Assembly (NCBI GenBank): GCA_030705825.1
Contig: JAUZPR010000001.1
Span: 17,772-81,771, forward strand
Direction of reading: 5' to 3'
DNA length: 64,000 nt
Source of the DNA: Bacillota bacterium
Lineage (GTDB): Bacteria > Bacillota > Clostridia > Acetivibrionales > JANLFN01
Part shown: piece after piece, positions 9,727 to 19,114 of the stretch
Layout of the letters: each line of letters opens with the position of its first letter
Position numbering within the stretch: the stretch's first letter is position 1
The notes under the pieces: model-generated
Database searches by the model: none
What the model was told of the DNA's origin: nothing
The model's input: only the letters and a program-made list of their open reading frames with translations
Program-made: the position numbers and the translations under genes

Positions 9727-9916
9727 ACCAACATTGAAATAAAATGCATATTAATATATAAATGACAGTTTAGGATTTATCCCAGGCTGTTTTACTGTTT
9801 AGCAGATATATCATTCCAATAAATTTTACCATTTGTCTTATTATATCGAATTAAGTAATTATTCCTATAATATATTGTTTGATGTGTTATAAGTTGATAT
9901 AATTTTCTTTGTACTA

Positions 9917-11089
9917 ATGTATCAGGGGGGGATTACTATTAAAAAGTATGTTTATATTAATGGAAATGAAAGAGTTGCTATTGAAAATGTTGAGTTGTTT
10001 CAGGTCTTTTTGAGATCAGGTAAAATAACAAAAGATACGTTTCTCTTCGATGAAGAAATACAAAACTGGGTAAGTGTATTGCAAATTCCTGAATTTGCCA
10101 CGTTTTTTCAATATGCACCAAACAGTCAGCCTTTCTATGGAAATAATCAACAGCAAGGTTTTCCTCAAAATCAGCCTTATCAAGCCAGTTATCAGAACTT
10201 TCAGCCACCAGTTCCTGTTAAGAAAACGCCGCTTTACGTAACAATAGCAATAATTGCAGGTATAGCAGCATTTGTGGCAGTTGGATTCCTGACTGGTCTG
10301 TTCAAAAAGCATACTGACACTACTACTGCTGCTCATATAACTGATATTTTCAGCAGTACGACACAATCTGAAAGCACATCATCGGGCTCTGATTCTTCAG
10401 ATAACAGTAGTTCGTCAAGTAAGGAAATGCGTGCCGTTCAAAAGATGGTTTCGATTATGCAGGATTTGAACAATAATGTACCTATAAGTGAAGAACAATA
10501 CTCTTCATCCGAATACGGTCAGCTGGCTCCGGTGCTCAAAGAATTCCAAAATTATTATATAAAGCTCCAGAAAGAAAGGAACCGGATTCAGGATGAGGTT
10601 ACAAAATTAGATGTAAATTCAATATTTACCGAAGAAAACCTTGGCAATCTTGATAATATAAAGACTACCGAAGATAATCTCAGGAATTATCTTGATGATT
10701 ATAAAACCTATGAACAGAATTATAAGCAGTATACTGCCGAATACAAGGATAATATTATGAAGCTGGATTTACCGGAAGCATCAAAGAATAATTTCCTGCA
10801 GAGTTTCAACAAGAGTAACGACCAGGTTATGGTATTAATGGATAAGTTCTTTACCGCCGAAGAATCCTTTATAAACAATATGATTCAGATTATGACCTTC
10901 CTTGAAGGAAAACAGGGTGAATATGATTTCAGCGGAGGACAGATACAATTTTATTCGGATGATGATGTAAACACATATAACAATTATTATACTGAAATGC
11001 AAAATGCAGCAAACCAGGAAGTTGATATACAGAAACAGATGACTCAAATGTCACAAAAGACACTTGATAATCTTAAAAGTGCACAATAA
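9917..11089 (+). CDS. Membrane-anchored protein with an N-terminal GYF_2-like domain, Q/P-rich linker, one TM, a Ser-rich tract and a coiled-coil ectodomain
   Basis: YVYINGNERVAIENVELFQVFLRSGKITKDTFLFDEEIQNWVSVLQIPEF resembles the GYF_2/DUF4339 pattern. The TM is LYVTIAIIAGIAAFVAVGFLTGLF. The exact start is uncertain. Confidence 0.5.
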   Translation: MYQGGITIKKYVYINGNERVAIENVELFQVFLRSGKITKDTFLFDEEIQNWVSVLQIPEFATFFQYAPNSQPFYGNNQQQGFPQNQPYQASYQNFQPPVPVKKTPLYVTIAIIAGIAAFVAVGFLTGLFKKHTDTTTAAHITDIFSSTTQSESTSSGSDSSDNSSSSSKEMRAVQKMVSIMQDLNNNVPISEEQYSSSEYGQLAPVLKEFQNYYIKLQKERNRIQDEVTKLDVNSIFTEENLGNLDNIKTTEDNLRNYLDDYKTYEQNYKQYTAEYKDNIMKLDLPEASKNNFLQSFNKSNDQVMVLMDKFFTAEESFINNMIQIMTFLEGKQGEYDFSGGQIQFYSDDDVNTYNNYYTEMQNAANQEVDIQKQMTQMSQKTLDNLKSAQ

Positions 11090-11110
11090 GATTTATATAT
11101 TTACTAACAG

Positions 11111-11157
11111 GAAGCCATATGAAGAGTAAGTTCACTTCATACGGCTTCTTTTATTTT
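11111..11157 (+). terminator. Rho-independent terminator after the GYF-domain gene
   Basis: GAAGCCATATGAAG (11111-11124) pairs with CTTCATACGGCTTC (11135-11148), followed by a T-run. Confidence 0.75.
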
Positions 11158-11166
11158 ACATTTTTT

Positions 11167-11195
11167 TTGACAAAAGCTTCCTTTTTTCATAAATA
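11167..11195 (+). promoter_or_regulatory. Putative promoter of the Tad-like operon
   Basis: TTGACA (11167-11172), a 17-nt spacer, then TAAATA (11190-11195). Confidence 0.4.
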
Positions 11196-11239
11196 TATTG
11201 TAAAATAAAATATAATATGTAAAAATAAGGGATATAAGT

Positions 11240-11917
11240 ATGAAAATAGCAGATAATAAAAATGGAAGCATTACGGTTGAAGCTTCGCTGGTAGTGCCGA
11301 TAGTTATATTTTGTATATTTGCAGTAATGTACTTTGCAATACTTCTCTATCAGCAGGTTCATCTTCAGGCTACTGCCGATTTGACCTCGGAAAAGGGAGC
11401 AGAATCCTGGTATAACAGCAAGATAAATATTGAAACAGGAAAGCTGGATATGAAATACTTGGACAATGACGGCTTATACTGGCAGCTGCTGGATTTGAAC
11501 AAGGATAAAAAGCTCAATAAAATTAACAATTTTGTTCTTGCAGGTAAAAATAAGGGCTTGGGAATGCTGGACATGAGCAGTATCCTGGTAAGCCGGATGG
11601 AAAATAGAAATCAAAGGGTAAACGTTGTAATCAAGGATTTTGTTATATATAAAAAACTTGAGGTGTCGATCCGGGACAGGTATGGAATACCGGCTGCAAA
11701 CATACTGCAGGTGTTTGGAAAAGGTGATTCGCTTAACATACCTGAGGCATCTGAGTATGTAATAAGCCAACCCTCTGAATTCATAAGAAATATAGATTTC
11801 GTCGATGACTTGGGGAAGGAAATCGGTAGAAAATATCCCGGTATAGGCAGTACTTTTCAAAAGATAGCAGATACCATAGGAAATATTAAGGGGAAAATTT
11901 CAGAATTCTTTAATTAA
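11240..11917 (+). CDS. TadE-like pseudopilin (class III prepilin-type N-terminus)
   Basis: The N-terminus MKIADNKNG|SITVEASLVVPIVIFCIFAVMYFAILL has Gly, Glu at +5 and a hydrophobic helix. Confidence 0.65.
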   Translation: MKIADNKNGSITVEASLVVPIVIFCIFAVMYFAILLYQQVHLQATADLTSEKGAESWYNSKINIETGKLDMKYLDNDGLYWQLLDLNKDKKLNKINNFVLAGKNKGLGMLDMSSILVSRMENRNQRVNVVIKDFVIYKKLEVSIRDRYGIPAANILQVFGKGDSLNIPEASEYVISQPSEFIRNIDFVDDLGKEIGRKYPGIGSTFQKIADTIGNIKGKISEFFN

Positions 11918-11993
11918 AACTCAACTTTTCCAAGTCAATGAAAGTGTATTTTCAGATATTTTTAATCAAGCTGATTTATACCGGGGGGATAAA

Positions 11994-14363
11994 GTGAAAA
12001 TTTCGAGTCAAAGAGGTCAGATTACAGTTTTCTTATGTTTTATACTGGTGGCGATTCTTATCTTTTCGGGAGTTCTGGTCGACGGATCAAGAGTGGCGGC
12101 TGCCAGAGCCCAGACAAGAAGAGCGGTTTCAGCCAGTGCCGAGTCGGCTCTTTCGTTGTTTGACAGTAAGCTGAAGGACGATTATGGTATTTTTTGCTTA
12201 AACCGAAATGACCAGAATGAATTACAGGAAATTATAAGTGAATATTTGAAAAAGAATTTGATGATAGATGAAAATCCAGGGCAAAAGGGATTTGATCCGT
12301 ATAATTTCCGGATCGAAAGCTTGAATGTATCCCCTCTATATAATTTGACCGAAAATGACGTTGTAAAGAATCAAATACTACAATACATGAAGTACAGGGC
12401 ACCTAAAGCCATTATTGAAGGAATTCTGGACAGGCTTGCAATTGTTAAGGACGGCAGCAATATGGCAGAGGCATATAAAAGAAAATCTAAAATAGATAAG
12501 CTGGCAAGTAAGGTCGCAAAGCTTCAGGAAAAGCTGAAAAAGCTTGTAAATGGTAAAAACGGTGATGGAAAGAATATAAAAACATTTGTCGACGGTTTTA
12601 ATCTTAATGGAGTATGGAATAGTCTGACTGAAAAGTATGCAAGTCTGGCAGACCAGTACAAAAGCCTGGTGCAGGCCAAGAGTGAAATAGACCAAAGTAT
12701 ACAAAGTGCAAGCTTTCAGTTGGATAACGATAGTGACGGCAGCCAGCTTGCTGAGCTTATGAAGCAGTCAGGACAAATTTCGGCACAGATTTCAGCAGTT
12801 TATGAGGATATAAAGAATACATATACGGAACTTAAAATAGACCAGACCGATTCATTTATTGCTCCCAACAATTCATCAATAGATTGTATACAAGAAATAC
12901 TCAAGTTAAAAGATGATTTGACAGCCCAAATCAATGATCTTAAGGATTATTTGGGTAAAACCTTCGGTAGTAGTAATGGAACAGAGTCAGGAGGTTTTGG
13001 AGAATTACTCGGAAAGGACCTTAAAGACATTGAAGATGCTTTGTTTCCCGAGGGTGAAGATATAAAACTAATTGATGGACTTAAGGCGAACTGTGGTGTA
13101 CTTAAAAATGCAGTTTCAAAGCTTGACTTGATAAGTGCAGATTCAGTCGGTTCGGGTAGTGTAAACGGAAGCTATATCCGGCAGGTATTGGACGGAATTG
13201 TCTCAGATTATAAAGGAATTACATACGATTATAAAAATGCAGGACCCGGAAATAACCAGGAGGATACCAGAGAACAGCAGGCAGAGGCGGCGAAAAAAAG
13301 ACTGAACGAGCCCAAAAATGAAGATAAGGAGTTGGGAGAAAATGAAGCCCAGCTTCCATCTCATAAAAAGATTGCTTCCAGGGTATTCAGCGATCAGGAG
13401 GATGGAGAAACCGGCTCGGAAGGTATTGGGGATAATTCCGGTCCTTCAGATGAAACACCGGAGGCTGAGACCAAATATGAAGGAGATATTGGAAATCTTG
13501 GTGATGAAGTAGGGTTTGACGAGGATAGCGGATTTTCAGAAGATGCATTAGGCTTTTTGGGGTCATTCGGGGATTTGCTGGGGAAGGGTATATCACAGCT
13601 TATGGACAATCTTTATATAAATGAATATATAATGGGTACGTTTAAAAATGCAGTGCCTTATATCTTAAGGGACGGTCAACAGGAGAAGGACTTAAACCTT
13701 AGAGGATTAGCCAAAACAGAGAATAAAAGCTATTTTGATTATGAGACTGAATATATACTTAACGGTGCCAAATCCCAGAATACAAATAAAACTATAGTCG
13801 AGGGAGAAATTCTTCTTATCAGGTTTGCTATGGACACACTTCATGTTTATATGGATCCTCAAAAAAAACAACTGGCATTAGGCATCGCTGCTGCGGTGGC
13901 GGGGTGGTGGACCGGCGGACTGGGAATTCCCATTGTGTCAAACCTGATAATGTGTGGTTGGGGAATGGGAGAGGCAATCATAGACCTGAACCATCTGATG
14001 AAAGGTGAATTGGTTCCGTTTTATAAGCTTAAAGGTGATTGGGAACTGAACCTTGGATTGGTGAAGGCTTCAAGTCCCAAGACAGAAAACAAATTGAAGT
14101 TTTCCTATTATGATTATCTAAGATTGTTTCTGCTATTTACAAGTACAGAGAACAAAATAAACAGAATTGAAGACCTGATTCAGCTCAACAGACAGTTGGA
14201 AACCCCGGGGTTTATGATGGGAAACTGTAATACAATGCTTCGGGTGGATGCCGTTATATCAATGAAGTATAACCTTTTGACAGGCCTTTTCTCACCAAAA
14301 TCGAGCAAAACTTCCGACGGCAGGCACAAGTTCAGAGTTGTACTGTATGACGGCTATAAATAA
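11994..14363 (+). CDS. Large TadG-like protein (Tad/pfam13400-like N-terminus, coiled coil, acidic low-complexity region, hydrophobic Gly-rich C-terminal domain)
   Basis: The N-terminus is SSQRG|QITVFLCFILVAILIFSGVLVDGSRVAAARAQ. GTG start after GGGGGG. The acidic tract is EDGETGSEGIGDNSGPSDETPEAE. The C-terminal segment is LGIAAAVAGWWTGGLGIPIVSNLIMCGWGMGEA. Confidence 0.6.
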   Translation: MKISSQRGQITVFLCFILVAILIFSGVLVDGSRVAAARAQTRRAVSASAESALSLFDSKLKDDYGIFCLNRNDQNELQEIISEYLKKNLMIDENPGQKGFDPYNFRIESLNVSPLYNLTENDVVKNQILQYMKYRAPKAIIEGILDRLAIVKDGSNMAEAYKRKSKIDKLASKVAKLQEKLKKLVNGKNGDGKNIKTFVDGFNLNGVWNSLTEKYASLADQYKSLVQAKSEIDQSIQSASFQLDNDSDGSQLAELMKQSGQISAQISAVYEDIKNTYTELKIDQTDSFIAPNNSSIDCIQEILKLKDDLTAQINDLKDYLGKTFGSSNGTESGGFGELLGKDLKDIEDALFPEGEDIKLIDGLKANCGVLKNAVSKLDLISADSVGSGSVNGSYIRQVLDGIVSDYKGITYDYKNAGPGNNQEDTREQQAEAAKKRLNEPKNEDKELGENEAQLPSHKKIASRVFSDQEDGETGSEGIGDNSGPSDETPEAETKYEGDIGNLGDEVGFDEDSGFSEDALGFLGSFGDLLGKGISQLMDNLYINEYIMGTFKNAVPYILRDGQQEKDLNLRGLAKTENKSYFDYETEYILNGAKSQNTNKTIVEGEILLIRFAMDTLHVYMDPQKKQLALGIAAAVAGWWTGGLGIPIVSNLIMCGWGMGEAIIDLNHLMKGELVPFYKLKGDWELNLGLVKASSPKTENKLKFSYYDYLRLFLLFTSTENKINRIEDLIQLNRQLETPGFMMGNCNTMLRVDAVISMKYNLLTGLFSPKSSKTSDGRHKFRVVLYDGYK

Positions 14364-14384
14364 TTTATATTTCGGAGGCTGTAA

Positions 14385-15560
14385 ATGAGGCGAAATCTTG
14401 TCAAGGGCTCGGTAACTGTAGAAGCATCATTGGTACTGCCAATTTTTATCGGTGCTGTACTGACTATAGTCTTTTTAATTAAGCTGGTATTCATTAATGA
14501 AGTGTTTCAGCATGCAATAAACGGAGCAGCCCATGAAATGGCTTCCACAAGCTATATTTATTATATATCCGGAGTAATGGGAATACATGATACAGTCAGA
14601 GACGGTTTGGAAAACGGTACTCAGGACATTAATAACAAAATTTCATCAATATCAGGGTTGGCCGACGGTCTGGAAAACCTGATTGGAAACGGGAATTCCG
14701 AGAACCAGGCCGAAAGTATAGATCAGCTGAAAAATAACTTTAATACCAGTCTTACAAATACAGCCGATGTTATTAATAACCCCTTGAAGTTTCTCAAGGA
14801 TGCAGCATGTCTCATAGCAGGAGGGGCTTTTGATGATTTGAAAAATGAACTGTGTATACCGGTTGTCAAGCTATATATGAAAAAGTACCTTTCCACTCCT
14901 GATATATCCTTTGAAAACAGAATCAAGGGGCTCAATATAGCAGGAGGTGCCGATGGGATTGATCTGAACAGCTCAAGCTTTTTTGAGGATGAAAAATGCA
15001 ATATTGATATTATTGTAAGGTATAAAGTGAATCTTCCCTTTCCCTTCAGAATTTTTAACGGCATAAATGTTGAACAAAGGGCAGTTGAAAGGGCATGGAC
15101 TTATGGAGATAAAGACAACGGTCCGACCGGAAAGGATGAACAGGAGGATGTATGGGCTCTTGGTAATCTGGAGAGGGGCCGGCTGATAAGAGAGAGATTC
15201 GGAGCAAACCTGCCGTTTGACTTTCCAGTTATAGCGGCATTTGACTCGGGAAAGGCTACAATGATAAAAAGCATGGATCTTACAACAGTTTATTATCAGA
15301 GCAGTTTTAATGTTAAGGACAAAATTTTAGACTATATCAATGAATTAAGGAAATTCAACGGCGGAAAGAGGGGCAGTGTTGAAATAGGTAGTACCGAAAT
15401 AACACAAAAGGTACTTAAACTTGTAATCCCGGAAAATGAGCTTAAGCAGGAAACAAATTCTGTGCTGGAGGAGTGCAGAGGAATTGCTGCAGGCTATGGT
15501 ATACAACTGGATATTAATAAGTACCAGACTAAAAAAACAAGTGATGAAAGCGGTGAATAG
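14385..15560 (+). CDS. TadE-like pseudopilin, long form
   Basis: The N-terminus MRRNLVKG|SVTVEASLVLPIFIGAVLTIVFLI has the same G/xxxxE pattern as 11240-11917. Confidence 0.6.
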   Translation: MRRNLVKGSVTVEASLVLPIFIGAVLTIVFLIKLVFINEVFQHAINGAAHEMASTSYIYYISGVMGIHDTVRDGLENGTQDINNKISSISGLADGLENLIGNGNSENQAESIDQLKNNFNTSLTNTADVINNPLKFLKDAACLIAGGAFDDLKNELCIPVVKLYMKKYLSTPDISFENRIKGLNIAGGADGIDLNSSSFFEDEKCNIDIIVRYKVNLPFPFRIFNGINVEQRAVERAWTYGDKDNGPTGKDEQEDVWALGNLERGRLIRERFGANLPFDFPVIAAFDSGKATMIKSMDLTTVYYQSSFNVKDKILDYINELRKFNGGKRGSVEIGSTEITQKVLKLVIPENELKQETNSVLEECRGIAAGYGIQLDINKYQTKKTSDESGE

Positions 15561-15563
15561 AAT

Positions 15564-16193
15564 ATGGAAAGTCTTCTGTTCCCGTTTATGGCAGTTATAT
15601 ATGCAAATCTTCTTTACAAAATAAATCTCATAGATGATTTGAAAAAAACAAGGTATATTAATTGGCTGTTTTCAGGCTTTTACAGCTCAGCAGAAGGTAT
15701 TGCCTGCGAAATTAGTGCTGCATTGTCGGCGGTGCTTTTGTTCAAAAGATATGGTATTACTGCAGAATGCATATTATATGCATTTATGTGCCAGATTCTT
15801 ATTACTGCTGCTATTCTGGAATTCAAAAATGAATTTTCCGCAAGGATAGAATTTATGGCAGCTGTAACAGCTACAGCGGCTTTTTTGATACGGTTGTGGG
15901 GATACGGCATATCCCTTCAGGAATCCATTTTGGGGATATTGGTCTCAGGAATATCCCTTTCTGTAATTTCGCTTCTTACCAAGGGCGGAGTCAATATTAA
16001 AGATATTATTCTCATCTCTTTTTCGGGTTATATTTTGGGGCTGCAGCAATCTCTTGAAGCCCTGCTTACAGCATCTGTCCTGTCTGCCGTGATATCTCTC
16101 GTGGGTATCGTTCGGGGCAGGTATGATAAAAAAAGCTCAATCCCCTTTGTAATTTTGTTTTACATAGGATACCTGTCTGTTCTTTGCATGTAA
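15564..16193 (+). CDS. A24-family prepilin peptidase-like membrane protein (CpaA/TadV-like)
   Basis: Polytopic, 209 aa. IDDLKKTRYINWLF resembles the first Asp box (D-x-R-x-R-x-I-P-N). NIKDIILISFSGYILG resembles the second (GxGDvKLlaalG). Confidence 0.55.
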   Translation: MESLLFPFMAVIYANLLYKINLIDDLKKTRYINWLFSGFYSSAEGIACEISAALSAVLLFKRYGITAECILYAFMCQILITAAILEFKNEFSARIEFMAAVTATAAFLIRLWGYGISLQESILGILVSGISLSVISLLTKGGVNIKDIILISFSGYILGLQQSLEALLTASVLSAVISLVGIVRGRYDKKSSIPFVILFYIGYLSVLCM

Positions 16194-16396
16194 GATACAT
16201 ATGGGATTACATCTCTAATAATTTATTTCTATAAGACTCTCCTTCCCATTCACATAATTTAATTTAAAAAATCATATTTGTTTAATACCATCTATGCTTA
16301 AATTTGGGGGCGCATTTTATATCAAAACTGAATATATTACATTAACAATTATTTTATGTGAAGCTTTTATTTATAAGAATGGAGGGGTGTTTTTAT

Positions 16397-17446
16397 ATGA
16401 GAAGGGGACCTGTATACATACTTATCTGCATAGTTATGATAATTGCGTTTGTTTTTACAGCATGCGGGAAATCTGCTTCCGGTGCCGATACAACCAAGCT
16501 TACTACTGTAAAGGTTGCATTTGATGATGCAGTAACCGAGGCAGGAGTTATTCTGGCCGACAAGCTGGGTTATTTTGAAAAACAAGGGATAAAAATGGAA
16601 TATGTCAGATTCAATTCAGGTTCAGATGAACTATCTGCCATAATTTCAAACCAGGTGGATGTGAGCAGAGGTATTATCAATGCCGCCCTGTTTAATGCCT
16701 CGAGTCAGGGTTTTAATGTAAAAGTGGTTGCTGACGGAGCATATAATATACCGGGAAAGGGTTTTTTCCAAATAGCTCTGAAAAAAGGACTGGGAGAAAA
16801 GGTTAAGGATTTCAAGGATTTGAAGGGCTTGAAAATTGCTATTGCCTCACGGGGCTCCATTAATGAATTGTTTGTGGAAAAAGCTCTCGAAAAAGGCGGA
16901 TTGTCTGAAAAAGATATCAGTTTTGTTGTGGTAGATTCCTTCCCGGATATGCTGACTGCGGTAGCCAACGGTAATGCCGATGCTACCATGCAGCTGGAAC
17001 CTCTTATTACAAAAGGTGTTGATGAAGGAATACTGGAATGGTGGAAAGACCCTGATACATATGCGACAGGCGAAGAAATGTCTGTTTTAATGTACAGCCC
17101 CAACTTAGTGAAGAAGCCTGAGCTGGGTAAGAAATTCATGGTTGCATACCTTAAGGGAGTCAGGGCATATTGTGATGCTCTTGTATATGGTAATAAAGAT
17201 CAGGCTAAAATAGTTGACATTCTTGCCAAAAACACTTCTGTAAATGATCCTGCTACACTTTTAAAAATGAAAACTCCGGGTCTGGAACCCAATGGTAAAC
17301 TGCTTAAGGAAGGTATTGCCTCCGACCAGCAGTGGTATATGAACAAGGGTCTTGTTAAGTCACCGGCTGATATAGGTAAGTTGATTGATGAAAGCTATGC
17401 AAAATATGCAGTAGGAATTCTTGGAGAATATAAGCAGCCAAAATGA
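16397..17446 (+). CDS. ABC transporter substrate-binding lipoprotein (NMT1/SsuA/TauA-like)
   Basis: Start moved to ATG 16397 (SD GGAGGGG). Lipoprotein signal MRRGPVYILICIVMIIAFVFTAC. The gene is followed by a cognate permease and ATPase. Confidence 0.75.
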   Translation: MRRGPVYILICIVMIIAFVFTACGKSASGADTTKLTTVKVAFDDAVTEAGVILADKLGYFEKQGIKMEYVRFNSGSDELSAIISNQVDVSRGIINAALFNASSQGFNVKVVADGAYNIPGKGFFQIALKKGLGEKVKDFKDLKGLKIAIASRGSINELFVEKALEKGGLSEKDISFVVVDSFPDMLTAVANGNADATMQLEPLITKGVDEGILEWWKDPDTYATGEEMSVLMYSPNLVKKPELGKKFMVAYLKGVRAYCDALVYGNKDQAKIVDILAKNTSVNDPATLLKMKTPGLEPNGKLLKEGIASDQQWYMNKGLVKSPADIGKLIDESYAKYAVGILGEYKQPK

Positions 17447-17456
17447 GGGATAGACA

Positions 17457-18275
17457 ATGATTACGGAGAAGAAATTGCAGCTTCAACAAAAACATAAAAT
17501 CAAACATACCAATGGATTGGATTCAGTAGCAGCAAGAAGAGTACTTTCAATAGTATCTCCGTTTGCTCTGCTTTTGATATGGGAGCTCCTGGTCAGAGTT
17601 CACCTTTTGGACAGCAGGTTCTTTCCTGCTCCCTCCAAGGTACTTTCAACGCTATTTGAAATGGCCAGGAACGGTATTTTATTCTCTGATATTTGGGTAA
17701 GTCTTACCAGGATTATGGGGGGATTTTTACTTGGAGCTGTTCCTGGACTGCTGCTGGGGCTGACAATGGGATTGTTCCCGACAGTCAAGGCAGTATTCGA
17801 TCCGCTTGTGGCATCGACCTATCCTATACCAAAGCTGGCTTTAATGCCTTTGATAATGATAATTTTCGGCTTGACTGAATTTGAAAAAATGATTGTAATT
17901 GCCCTGGGAACCTTCTTTCCCGTACTTATGAACACAGTATCGGGAGTTGTCAATATCAACAAGATATACTGGGACGTCGCAAAAAACTATGGTGCTACCA
18001 GAAAACGTTTTTATCTTACAGTTGCCTTACCCGGTGCGCTGCCAACTATTTTTACCGGTATAAAGCTGGGTATGGGAATGGCCCTCCTTTTAATTGTGGC
18101 AGCAGAGATGAATGGCGCTACCCAGGGTATTGGTTACAGGATATGGGAATCATACTCCATATTTAACATTCCTGAGATGTTTGTTTCATTTATAGTTATG
18201 TCTTTGTTAGGATATATTTTTACTATAATTCTGGATGAAGTGGAGCACCTGTTTGTTCCATGGAGGCGTGATTAG
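17457..18275 (+). CDS. ABC transporter permease (SsuC/TauC-type)
   Basis: Six predicted TM segments and a binding-protein-dependent transport signature region (GATRKRFYLTVALPGALPTIFTGIKLG). Confidence 0.8.
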   Translation: MITEKKLQLQQKHKIKHTNGLDSVAARRVLSIVSPFALLLIWELLVRVHLLDSRFFPAPSKVLSTLFEMARNGILFSDIWVSLTRIMGGFLLGAVPGLLLGLTMGLFPTVKAVFDPLVASTYPIPKLALMPLIMIIFGLTEFEKMIVIALGTFFPVLMNTVSGVVNINKIYWDVAKNYGATRKRFYLTVALPGALPTIFTGIKLGMGMALLLIVAAEMNGATQGIGYRIWESYSIFNIPEMFVSFIVMSLLGYIFTIILDEVEHLFVPWRRD

Positions 18276-18289
18276 GAGAGGGATGCAGT

Positions 18290-19114
18290 ATGAGTAGAGC
18301 ATATGTGATGGAGGATATTATAGCAGAGACTGTTGAAAGCAGTGCAGCTAAAAATGTAAAAATTGAGATGGATAGTCTTGCAAAAAAATTTTTGGTTAGA
18401 AAAAAAGAAATAGTGGCATTTCATAATGTAAGCTTGAAAATACATGAGGGTGAGTTCTGGTGCTTTGTCGGACCAAGCGGGTGTGGAAAAACTACGCTGC
18501 TGAGAGTATTGGCAGGATTGGAGACCCCAACTTCAGGTACGCTTGCAATACATAGAAACAACCCTGAGAAGCCTTTAAACTCCATGGTGTTTCAGGAATA
18601 TGCCATATTTCCGTGGATGACTGTCTGGGATAATATTGCATACGGACTTAAAAACAGAAAGGTTGAACAGGCCATAATCCAGAGAAATGTATCTGAATAT
18701 GTTGAGAAAATGGGACTTCAAAAATTCGTTAAAGCCTATCCGCACCAACTTTCAGGAGGCATGAAGCAAAGGGTAAGTATCGCAAGGGCATTTGCCAACG
18801 ATGCTGAGATACTACTTATGGATGAACCCTTTGCTTCTCTTGATGAACAGAATAGAATGATTCTGCAGCAGGAGCTTCTTCAGATTTGGGAAAATAATAA
18901 AAAGACAGTGGTTTTTATTACACACAGTATAGGAGAGGCAATCTTTCTGTCTGACCATATAATGGTTATGACAGGCCATCCAGGAGAGATTAAGGACGTA
19001 CTTGATGTTAAGCTTCCAAGGCCCAGAAATATGACGGAATTGCGTTCAAAACCGGTATTCAACATACTTTTTTCAAATATATGGTCGGAAATCAAGGAAG
19101 AAGTTACCAGATAA
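18290..19114 (+). CDS. ABC transporter ATP-binding protein (SsuB/TauB-type)
   Basis: Walker A GPSGCGKTT, signature LSGGMKQR, Walker B ILLMDEPFASLD. Confidence 0.85.
   Translation: MSRAYVMEDIIAETVESSAAKNVKIEMDSLAKKFLVRKKEIVAFHNVSLKIHEGEFWCFVGPSGCGKTTLLRVLAGLETPTSGTLAIHRNNPEKPLNSMVFQEYAIFPWMTVWDNIAYGLKNRKVEQAIIQRNVSEYVEKMGLQKFVKAYPHQLSGGMKQRVSIARAFANDAEILLMDEPFASLDEQNRMILQQELLQIWENNKKTVVFITHSIGEAIFLSDHIMVMTGHPGEIKDVLDVKLPRPRNMTELRSKPVFNILFSNIWSEIKEEVTR

Noticed and set aside
16294-16396. The 76-aa ORF at 16294-16524 and the N-terminal extension of the binding-protein gene from 16358
   Set aside because: ATG 16397 has a GGAGGGG SD and starts a textbook lipoprotein signal peptide. The upstream extension (MKLLFIRMEGCFY) has no SD and would bury the signal.
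16194-16396. TPP or other riboswitch upstream of the NMT1/THI5-like ABC importer
   Set aside because: The conserved CTGAGA and ACCTGATCTGGATAATGCCAGCG-type THI-box elements are absent, and I see no convincing structured leader.
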